A DNA stretch of 64,000 bases from a virus (Duplodnaviria > Caudoviricetes): IMG/VR virus record IMGVR_UViG_3300024322_000001; one strand, given 5' to 3'. The stretch's first letter is position 1, and the number at the start of each line of letters is the position of its first letter. Under the pieces are notes generated by a model that saw only the letters and a list, made by a program, of their open reading frames with translations, searched no databases and was not told the origin of the DNA. Shown in pieces: positions 56,713-64,000 of the stretch. The position numbers and the translations under genes were made by a program.

Positions 56713-58062
56713 TTACAACTTTTTATCAAAAATTTGCGACATAGTTTCGCGTGACAAAGTAAAGTTAGGAGCATCGTTGTCCTTTATAAGATCCTCAGGA
56801 TTTGCCTTTCCTTCAAATTCTATATGACCGTTGTTTGTATCCATTTTTAAATTATATGTCATTCCATCCTGACCGTATCTGTTTTTCATAACATGCCATC
56901 TTCCGGTCCCTAGTACTTTATCTTCTTTCATTCTTGACAATGAAAAACACATATCTGCTACCATCATTTTATCGTAACTACCTGCTGCTTTGTCTCCTTC
57001 AATAACCGAATCTTTAGCACCCATTCTATTAACTTGGGAAGGAGTAATGACTGGAATTTTAAATTCTTTAGCTAATCCTTTAGTCGCTATAAATACATCA
57101 TCTATCTCGTCTTTTCGTTCTGAGAATTTACCTTTAGAGGGTGCTCGTAAGTAATCAACGTAATCTATAACTACTAGGTCTGGTTTATGATCCATATCAA
57201 TACACTTCTGTATATGTGATTTTATAGTATTGACTGTAGCACCTTTAGGAGCATATTCCTTAACAATCAACTTACCTTTTAATCCATCTACATATGATTG
57301 TACATCTTTACGGTGGTTATTTACTTCATCGATAGAGTACCCTGTAAAGTAGCAATCAAATCGCTTACCTACATAGTCCTCTCCTAGTTCCAAAGTATAG
57401 TAGTTAACTTTATAACCCATCTTAACTGCATGTGCTGCCATTGCTACACAAGTCCAACTCTTTCCACCACCAGGGTTACCGAATACGATAGCTAAATCTC
57501 CTGGTCCAAATCCTCCTTGAATACCTTCATTGAGAACAGGCCAAGGAGTTGGTATTGTAGGACGGTAATCAACCCTATATCGACTTTCTATGTCTACATT
57601 ATATTCATGTCCTATATTCTTATCCATACCAGCTCTCATAGCTTTTTCAACCATATTTCTTATTCCGTCAAAATCTCCTTGTTTAAGAAGGTCTGCGGAA
57701 CTTAAAATGGCTTGTTTCATTTCCTGGTTCTTACAAAAAGTTGTAAACTCTTCCTGTACGTAATCTAAATCATCTTGAGATGCTTGATATGAATTTCGTA
57801 ATTCTTCTTTAAGTGCTACTTGGAGTACTTCGTTTTCTAACTTCTGAAGCTCTACTTTAAGAACGTCCATAGTAACGGTAGTGTGGTACTTATCAAAATA
57901 AGATATAATTTCATTTACAATCCATTTATGAGTATCAGCGTCAAAGTAATCTTCACTTAATACATCTCGTACATTTAGTAGAAACTTTTTATCTGTAAGT
58001 AATGAACCTAACACTTTAAGTTGGAACCCCTTCCCGTATTGCTGTAGCGATTTTAATGTCAT
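56713..58062 (-). CDS. DnaB/gp41-like replicative helicase
   Basis: GNPGGGKS, TLE, VIDYVD, SQVNR and KNRYG motifs; promoter motif at 58078-58109. Confidence 0.92.
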   Translation of the reverse strand: MTLKSLQQYGKGFQLKVLGSLLTDKKFLLNVRDVLSEDYFDADTHKWIVNEIISYFDKYHTTVTMDVLKVELQKLENEVLQVALKEELRNSYQASQDDLDYVQEEFTTFCKNQEMKQAILSSADLLKQGDFDGIRNMVEKAMRAGMDKNIGHEYNVDIESRYRVDYRPTIPTPWPVLNEGIQGGFGPGDLAIVFGNPGGGKSWTCVAMAAHAVKMGYKVNYYTLELGEDYVGKRFDCYFTGYSIDEVNNHRKDVQSYVDGLKGKLIVKEYAPKGATVNTIKSHIQKCIDMDHKPDLVVIDYVDYLRAPSKGKFSERKDEIDDVFIATKGLAKEFKIPVITPSQVNRMGAKDSVIEGDKAAGSYDKMMVADMCFSLSRMKEDKVLGTGRWHVMKNRYGQDGMTYNLKMDTNNGHIEFEGKANPEDLIKDNDAPNFTLSRETMSQIFDKKL

Positions 58063-58131
58063 ATTGTAACCTTTTATTTAATATAGTTAATTATAAGTTA
58101 ATAACCAACTAGATGAATACATTTTTTTTTA

Positions 58132-59163
58132 CTATTTTTTTACTGTTGTAAGCCCTCTAAAGTTTTCTAACCAGCCTTCAGTATTCTTTGTAATGCCCTC
58201 TATTTTATCTAATCCTAACAAATGTAAGAACCCGCCAGTCTGTATACCGGGGATAGGTGCTTTTATAGTTTCATTAACTACTTCTTTTTCTTTATCGTCT
58301 AAATCAGAAATACTTAAATCCATTAGTGTATAATTAGTCTCTACTCTATCCCACTCTGTTAAGATTTTAGGAAATATCTTCTTTACTTTCTTTTCATCTA
58401 GCTTGGAAGCACATGTATCATATACATACTGCAGGTTAGATTTAGGATTAGTTAGAAGTTCAGGGAATTCGGAAACTATTGTTTTTATACCTAAACCTTT
58501 CACCCCCGGTAAATTATCTGAGTTATCTCCTAGTAGTGCTTTTACTACATTATAATTTTCTGGAAGAACTTTTAATTCCTCGAATATATTATCTTGAGTA
58601 AATGTTTTTTTCTTAACTGGAGCATATACCTCTATAGTATCGTCTATTAACTGTAGGAAATCCTTATCTGAAGATATGATAGTACATTTTTTAACCGAAG
58701 ATATAGAAGCTTTTTGAGCTATATATGCTATAATATCATCAGCTTCTAATTTCTCTAACCCTATTTGGTGTACTGGTAAGCATTCAAGATAGTCCTGTAC
58801 TCTGTACAATTGACCGATAAGGGCTTCTGTTTCTTCCTCTTTGGTATCGTATAATCCCCAATGTGTAATTCTTGAGGTCGCACGTTGTGCTTTATAGTTA
58901 GGATCAATATTTTTACGATTTGCAGATCCTCCCTTACCGTCCCATACTACTATAACTCTTGTTGGATCAAAAATTCTAGTCACATACCCTAACGATCTTA
59001 AAAACCCAACCAGGCCACCGATGTGGTGGCCGTCGGGGTTCATCGCTTTGAGTAATGAAAATGATCTAATGAGCATATTCATAGCATCAACAATCAGTAT
59101 GTGATCGTTTAGCGATCGGGGTGGGGTCTGTTTTAAATTATTTAGAATGTCATCGTACGCCAT
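58132..59163 (-). CDS. 5'-3' exonuclease / flap endonuclease
   Basis: IVDAMN, YKAQR, LEADD, SSDKDF and GDNSDNLPGVKGLG motifs. Confidence 0.93.
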   Translation of the reverse strand: MAYDDILNNLKQTPPRSLNDHILIVDAMNMLIRSFSLLKAMNPDGHHIGGLVGFLRSLGYVTRIFDPTRVIVVWDGKGGSANRKNIDPNYKAQRATSRITHWGLYDTKEEETEALIGQLYRVQDYLECLPVHQIGLEKLEADDIIAYIAQKASISSVKKCTIISSDKDFLQLIDDTIEVYAPVKKKTFTQDNIFEELKVLPENYNVVKALLGDNSDNLPGVKGLGIKTIVSEFPELLTNPKSNLQYVYDTCASKLDEKKVKKIFPKILTEWDRVETNYTLMDLSISDLDDKEKEVVNETIKAPIPGIQTGGFLHLLGLDKIEGITKNTEGWLENFRGLTTVKK

Positions 59164-60236
59164 TAATCTAGTAAGTTTGGAGTTATAGGTGTTTCTTCTA
59201 AATCTCCTTCTTCAATAAGATCAAAGTCTATAGAACCGACTAACTTCAGCCAATGTTCTTTATGAGCATCTCTATATTTATCAATTGCTTTCTTATCATC
59301 TTCTATAAAGCCGTGTTGAGTCATTACAATTCTACCTCTAGATTGAACTCCTCCGATATGATTCTTCTCTACTTGAACGTTAGTACGTTTAGCAAATTCA
59401 ACTTGCATACCATTTTTTATAGCCTTAATCTTAGAAGTACCAGGATTAGTGATATTACCAAATGTAATAACTAACGTAGCATCATACCACATAGACATAC
59501 CTCCTTTATTCTGTAATTTCGGTTGTCCCATTGGATGTTCTGGTTTCATAGTCCAGACTTTATTAATAGCAACTAAAGTGTTGGTATAAGCGGCATTCTC
59601 TTTTCTCGATAATAAAATTTTCTGATTAAGGTTATTACCGAACTGAGTAGACATAGCACCTGCATTCCATTCGTTATTGTTCTTGTTAGAACGTACTGAA
59701 AGGTCGCATGGTACTGAGCCTATACTATCCCAGAAGAAACACATATCGTAAGGTAGATTACCTTTTGCTTGTTCATCCATTAGGTCTGCAATATAAACTG
59801 CTACATCTTCAATAGTATTGAGTTGACCTCTATCGGCATATAAGAAATGTCCTTCGTAATCGGTAACATTACCCTTGTCATCAGTAGTTTCTTCAAATTG
59901 AAGACCCATTTCCTTGGCATGATCCCATGACCATTTCATCTCAGTAATAATAAAGACAGGTAGTATGCCCATTTTTTGAGCATTAACTGCTGCTTCTATT
60001 AGAGCTGTTGTTTTACCGGTATCACTATGTCCTCGTAATAACGTAATATGACCAGTGGGGATGCCAGGTAGTGAGGTAATGTCCTGGAAAGCTTTAGATA
60101 AAGGAATCCATCCTTGTTCTTTAAACTTTACCGAAGCATTAGAAAAACCTTTCTTCTTTTTAAAATTCCCTAAATTAAACGACTTCTGAACTGCAGCAGT
60201 CGCTCTTGCTTGTACTTCTTCTTTTTTCTTTGCCAT
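59163..60236 (-). CDS. RecA/UvsX-like recombinase
   Basis: GIPTGHIT..RGHSDTGKT, FWDSIG, INK and GG motifs. Confidence 0.85.
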   Translation of the reverse strand: MAKKKEEVQARATAAVQKSFNLGNFKKKKGFSNASVKFKEQGWIPLSKAFQDITSLPGIPTGHITLLRGHSDTGKTTALIEAAVNAQKMGILPVFIITEMKWSWDHAKEMGLQFEETTDDKGNVTDYEGHFLYADRGQLNTIEDVAVYIADLMDEQAKGNLPYDMCFFWDSIGSVPCDLSVRSNKNNNEWNAGAMSTQFGNNLNQKILLSRKENAAYTNTLVAINKVWTMKPEHPMGQPKLQNKGGMSMWYDATLVITFGNITNPGTSKIKAIKNGMQVEFAKRTNVQVEKNHIGGVQSRGRIVMTQHGFIEDDKKAIDKYRDAHKEHWLKLVGSIDFDLIEEGDLEETPITPNLLD

Positions 60237-61036
60237 TATTCATTAAATAAGTCATCAAATTTACTAACTGTGTCTTTGTTGCCAGCCGTAGCTGTTTCCA
60301 AAGTAAAGTCTGTTTTTTGTTGACCTAAGCTTTCTGGCAGTTTATCATCTGTTTTAGTCGCAGGAGTACTTTCTTCTGCTGAACCTGGGTTAAGATAATT
60401 TTGAAGTTGTTTTTTAATAAACTCATAATCATACTGAGTATGTACTTCTGTAGGATTAGGTTGAGTTTTTAACCAAGTATCTACTTGATCATTATTATCC
60501 GATAGTGGAGTTTGTTTAGGTTTAATTCTAACCGAAGTTTCGGGGTAAGGGTTACCCTGTACTTGTTCTACAACTAAATCCCATCCGTTTATTACATCTG
60601 TAATGTCTCCTATATCTTCATCGGCAATTAGAGCAAGGAGTGCTCTATAAATCGTTACTCCGAATCCCCAAATACGTACACCTTTTTCTTCTTCTCCTCT
60701 TACTACAACAGGAGCAAAGATTCGTGTTTTAGGGTTAATTTTACCTGCTAGAGACCAATTGTCTTTATCAGATGTTTTTTTAAGCTCTTTTACAAATTCT
60801 TCAATAGGGTCTTGCTTACCAAAATTAGATAAAGCTACCATAGGGTACTTTCCAATACCGTAGTGGAACTTTAACTCTTTGAAAGGCATAGCAGGGTCGA
60901 AAGCAGATGGTACTAACCGTACTGTCTGTTTTCCTAATTCAGGTTTCCAAAAGATTTTTGAGTAGTCTGTTTTTTCTCTCTCCTGACCATTAGAGTTTAA
61001 GGCGTCTAGTTTAGCCTTGATAGCGTTAATATCCAT
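60236..61036 (-). CDS. single-stranded DNA-binding protein (gp32-like)
   Basis: FWKP...VRLVP...DPI...GDITD..NGWD motifs and acidic tail FDDLFNE; promoter motif at 61074-61105. Confidence 0.75.
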   Translation of the reverse strand: MDINAIKAKLDALNSNGQEREKTDYSKIFWKPELGKQTVRLVPSAFDPAMPFKELKFHYGIGKYPMVALSNFGKQDPIEEFVKELKKTSDKDNWSLAGKINPKTRIFAPVVVRGEEEKGVRIWGFGVTIYRALLALIADEDIGDITDVINGWDLVVEQVQGNPYPETSVRIKPKQTPLSDNNDQVDTWLKTQPNPTEVHTQYDYEFIKKQLQNYLNPGSAEESTPATKTDDKLPESLGQQKTDFTLETATAGNKDTVSKFDDLFNE

Positions 61037-61092
61037 ATTGTAACATTTTTAATTTAAAACATTTATTATTAATACAATATACGAACTATAAT

Positions 61093-61548
61093 TTAGTTTT
61101 CCAACTCTATTATACGAAAAAGTTTTGTATTAATTCTTTTTAATTCTGATCCTTTAGTAAGTAGTACGCAGTTGCGGTAATCTGACCAGTTGATTCTGTA
61201 TGAAGTGTCTAATCTTCCGCCATTCAATTCTTTTATAAGAGTATTCAGTGCGTTGATTGTATACAGAGTATTGGATTCTTTCTTTCTATGAACTAAAATT
61301 GTATTATCTATAAAGTTAGATATATTTGCAAAATCTACATTATATGTACATATGTATTCATCTTGGCTTTTTGAATAAAGCACAAAAATCTTATTGTACA
61401 TAATCGAGTACTTCTCTTTTATAACCTGTAATGTAGGTTCTAAAGTTTCTTCAGTGGTAAAAGTGCAAAATAATTTATTGCTCATATCTTCGTTAATCCA
61501 TAATGGTTCGATATCATAATCAAACCGACTTTCTATAACATTTGTCAT
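61093..61548 (-). CDS. conserved hypothetical phage protein
   Basis: 151-aa ORF (NKLFCTF...HRKKESNTLYTINALN). Confidence 0.7.
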   Translation of the reverse strand: MTNVIESRFDYDIEPLWINEDMSNKLFCTFTTEETLEPTLQVIKEKYSIMYNKIFVLYSKSQDEYICTYNVDFANISNFIDNTILVHRKKESNTLYTINALNTLIKELNGGRLDTSYRINWSDYRNCVLLTKGSELKRINTKLFRIIELEN

Positions 61549-61570
61549 TTTATATAAATATAAGTTATTA

Positions 61571-62896
61571 TCATAAACTTAAATCTTTACTGTACTTAAA
61601 AGATACTGGGTATTTGCCACCTTCTTCCATTATAGATTTAATGTTTTCTAGTGTATCCTTACCGTCCTCTTTGTCAAAATCCATAATAATAGAATCGTAC
61701 GTGTATAGACTTATAGTTGTTTTTTTAGTCTGTAAATATTTTAGTAATTTTTTTAATACTACTATGTTTCTAGAAGTTTCTAATGATTGCATTACATAAT
61801 TCATTAACTTCTGTGGGTTCATTGCTTTTAAAGATGCTGTGAAAGGTTTTCCACTAATTGGTGCCAGGACTTCTCCGTCATCTTTGTATCGTTTCCATAA
61901 CTCTTTGATATAATCATCAATTCTTGTAAAGATTTCAAGGAAAGAGTACTTTTCTGGGATTTTTCCATAAATTGCGTGAAAGTTAATTTGTTTTGCTTCT
62001 TTGTATTCGTCATCTGTAATTTCTTTTTTGTTAAAGTATAATCTTGCTAGCTGTTTATGAGCCGAGTCTGATGTTAGTGCATATTCTATTTGCTCTGCTA
62101 GTAACCTTAAGTGGTATCCGTCAAAGTCAAATTCTACAAAATAATCGTTAGCTGGGGTAAAACATTTTCTATGTTCTTCCGTGTGAGGTATAGCTGCAAA
62201 GTTAACACTATTAAATGAATTAGTCGGTCTTGAGGTTGTATTGTATAAATTATATTGAGTTAAAACTTTATTGTCTAATGTATTATATAGCGTATTTTTT
62301 GGTTTAAATATAGAATTAAAAGCATCGTATTTAATACCTACCCCTGATTGTTCTAATAAAAAGAATACGTTAGTAGCAGTTTTATTATAAAAATCAAATC
62401 CATTTGGTATCTCATAATCTATTACTTCTTTTATTGAGCTGTAGATATTCTCTGATACTTCGTATAGTTTACTTAGAGGTATTATTTGATTTATATTTGC
62501 AATATCGTTATACCTACTGTAAAAAGGGTTAATTAATTTATTCAATCTACTATATTCTAATTTGTCATATTTACTCATTGAATATAGAAGTGAAAGGTCT
62601 ATTGCACCCTGTAGATTAAAGTGGTATAGAAGTTCTTTTTTATTTAATGTATACAGTTTCTCTGTAGAAGATAATATACTGTAGACACGTTCTTTATCAA
62701 CATTGATACCTTCATCATGGTTAATTGGAATTATATAGCCTTTATCTGAATGTAGTAATTTTATGTATACTGCTACAGTTGAAGTAAGTTTTGGGTGGTA
62801 GTTGAAATTAGTGGGTATTATATCTACATAGCATCCTAACCTAATTAACTTCTCTATAGCATCTAAGCTATTATTTTTTTCTATTATATAAAACAC
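61571..62896 (-). CDS. second, minimal family A DNA polymerase-like protein
   Basis: TTSRP, motif A EFDFDGYHLRLL, motif B AKQINFHAIYG, NYVMQS and motif C YTYDS; promoter motif at 62921-62951. Confidence 0.75.
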   Translation of the reverse strand: MFYIIEKNNSLDAIEKLIRLGCYVDIIPTNFNYHPKLTSTVAVYIKLLHSDKGYIIPINHDEGINVDKERVYSILSSTEKLYTLNKKELLYHFNLQGAIDLSLLYSMSKYDKLEYSRLNKLINPFYSRYNDIANINQIIPLSKLYEVSENIYSSIKEVIDYEIPNGFDFYNKTATNVFFLLEQSGVGIKYDAFNSIFKPKNTLYNTLDNKVLTQYNLYNTTSRPTNSFNSVNFAAIPHTEEHRKCFTPANDYFVEFDFDGYHLRLLAEQIEYALTSDSAHKQLARLYFNKKEITDDEYKEAKQINFHAIYGKIPEKYSFLEIFTRIDDYIKELWKRYKDDGEVLAPISGKPFTASLKAMNPQKLMNYVMQSLETSRNIVVLKKLLKYLQTKKTTISLYTYDSIIMDFDKEDGKDTLENIKSIMEEGGKYPVSFKYSKDLSL

Positions 62897-62939
62897 TTAA
62901 CTGTAACCTTTTAGTTAAATATAATATAAGAAAAATATT

Positions 62940-63473
62940 TTAAACTACAAACTCATCTAAAGCAAATAAGTATTCTTCTATTCCTTTGAATGCTTTTTTA
63001 TGTTTATTTATAGTTTCTCTGTTTCTAGTAGCGGCTCCTTTATACAGATAGTTGTTATAGAGTGTATCTTCAACAGGACCTTCTATCCACCATTCCAATT
63101 CCAACCCCATATACGAAGGGTACTTTTTTAAATTGTTAAATTCTTTACGGTTTAGCTCTATAATCTTACCAGAGCGTTTATCTCTTGAGAAATACCTTTT
63201 AAATTTTTTACTTTCGTAATCTTTTTCAGTAGGTATTACTAAACTAGGTTGTGGTTTTAATTCTCTACTACTTTCTTTTTCTTTCTTCAGTAGTACACTT
63301 TCAAAAATTAATTGACGTCCTGCTTCTTTAGGGAACCTTCCTTCATATAATTCATCCTTATATGTAACAAAGTACTTTCCTTTATAAATTTCTTTAGTAT
63401 CAAGCACAAGCACTTTTTTCGCTCCATCGGCGGCTGTAAAAGGTCCTTTATATTTTGATTTAGGTAAATACAT
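62940..63473 (-). CDS. hypothetical phage protein
   Basis: 177-aa ORF following the baseplate-like gene. Confidence 0.65.
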   Translation of the reverse strand: MYLPKSKYKGPFTAADGAKKVLVLDTKEIYKGKYFVTYKDELYEGRFPKEAGRQLIFESVLLKKEKESSRELKPQPSLVIPTEKDYESKKFKRYFSRDKRSGKIIELNRKEFNNLKKYPSYMGLELEWWIEGPVEDTLYNNYLYKGAATRNRETINKHKKAFKGIEEYLFALDEFVV

Positions 63474-63476
63474 TTT

Positions 63477-64000
63477 TTATTCTTGTGATAGTATTATTGC
63501 GTTAGCTTCTATAGTCGTGTACCACACGTTATTTGATATTTGGTGGGAAACATTGCTTATTTGAAATCCAACTTTTATTTTATCGGAGTAAGCAGAAGGT
63601 AATATTTGATCAGGTAATGTAAAATACTGAAGAGATTTCAAACCTCCAATTCCTATCATAGTCAAAGATACTTTAGCACCGATATGGCCCCTTTTAGGTT
63701 TAGTCTCCTTTAAGGTATCGTTTAACGCTTTCCTAATAATTGAAGTACCGTTTGCGTATGCTTCTGTAACCTTGGTTTCATCATATTTAAACTTAGAATA
63801 TAACTCCTTAAACGCACCTTCCACTGTTGCTTTTGTCTCAGCTTCTGCTTTCGCTCTTTTTTGAGCATACTCAGTTATTTCTTCTCCTTTCTCATCTTCA
63901 AATCTAGATGATACTCCTTTATTAAATGCAGCTAAACCTGTTGAAGCCATCTTTCCTGCAGATGCCCCTGATATGATTGCTTGGCTTGTTATTAAGTTAA
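63477..64000 (-). CDS. C-terminal part of a baseplate-hub/tail-associated protein (partial)
   Basis: Frame stays open to the window edge; C-terminal SLTMIGIGGL...FQISNVSHQI....WYTTIEA resembles hub/late-control-D proteins. Confidence 0.55.
   Translation of the reverse strand, partial: NLITSQAIISGASAGKMASTGLAAFNKGVSSRFEDEKGEEITEYAQKRAKAEAETKATVEGAFKELYSKFKYDETKVTEAYANGTSIIRKALNDTLKETKPKRGHIGAKVSLTMIGIGGLKSLQYFTLPDQILPSAYSDKIKVGFQISNVSHQISNNVWYTTIEANAIILSQE

Noticed and set aside
59013-59031. GC-rich hairpin GGCCACC-N5-GGTGGCC inside the exonuclease gene
   Set aside because: It can arise from the Gly-His-His-Ile-Gly-Gly codons; single instance with no other support.
5759-59474. Many short plus-strand ORFs in the track (e.g. 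5759-6022, 19439-19762, 43597-43968, 55799-56158)
   Set aside because: They are antisense shadows of well-supported minus-strand genes and have no recognisable motifs.
1-64000. Stop-codon reassignment (alternative genetic code)
   Set aside because: Conserved genes are full length in the standard code, and TAG/TGA stops fall at expected protein ends.
1-64000. Bacterial chromosome or integrated prophage interpretation
   Set aside because: Near-unidirectional dense gene packing, phage-type SSB, helicase and fibre genes, and no integrase, att site or ribosomal/housekeeping operon in the window.

Overview
This window is a 64-kb segment of a large, AT-rich tailed-phage genome with almost all genes on the minus strand. 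The host is inferred to be Bacteroidota (probably Flavobacteriia) from 15 TTG-N19/20-TAnnTT promoters, A-rich leaders without Shine-Dalgarno motifs, signal peptides followed by Gln, and a T9SS sorting domain. Modules from left to right: (i) a ~13-kb glycan cluster (GT2/GT4 glycosyltransferases, NeuB, HAD phosphatase, NeuA, sialyltransferase-like proteins, methyltransferases, epimerase); (ii) a PD-(D/E)XK nuclease and a DUF1599 protein; (iii) lysis-like genes and an exported-protein operon (T9SS cargo with 22 Cys-rich repeats, outer-membrane beta-barrel, thioredoxin-fold protein); (iv) a histone-H1-like protein with groEL, groES and hsp20; (v) a family A DNA polymerase; (vi) a complete 7-deazaguanine DNA-modification pathway (folE, queD, queE, queC, queF, dpdA-like, PurN-like dpdN) with a PRTase, kinase, MazG-like enzyme and an exported nuclease; (vii) fibre/adhesin genes and tRNA-Ala; (viii) nrdAB, helicase, 5'-3' exonuclease, RecA-like protein, SSB, a second minimal PolA and a baseplate-hub-like fragment. 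The most striking unannotated signals are two covarying preQ1-I-riboswitch-like leaders in front of folE and the queD-queE operon, and a 10-bp GC-rich complementarity between the 5' and 3' UTRs of hsp20. All assignments come from motif recognition by eye; no database searches were run.
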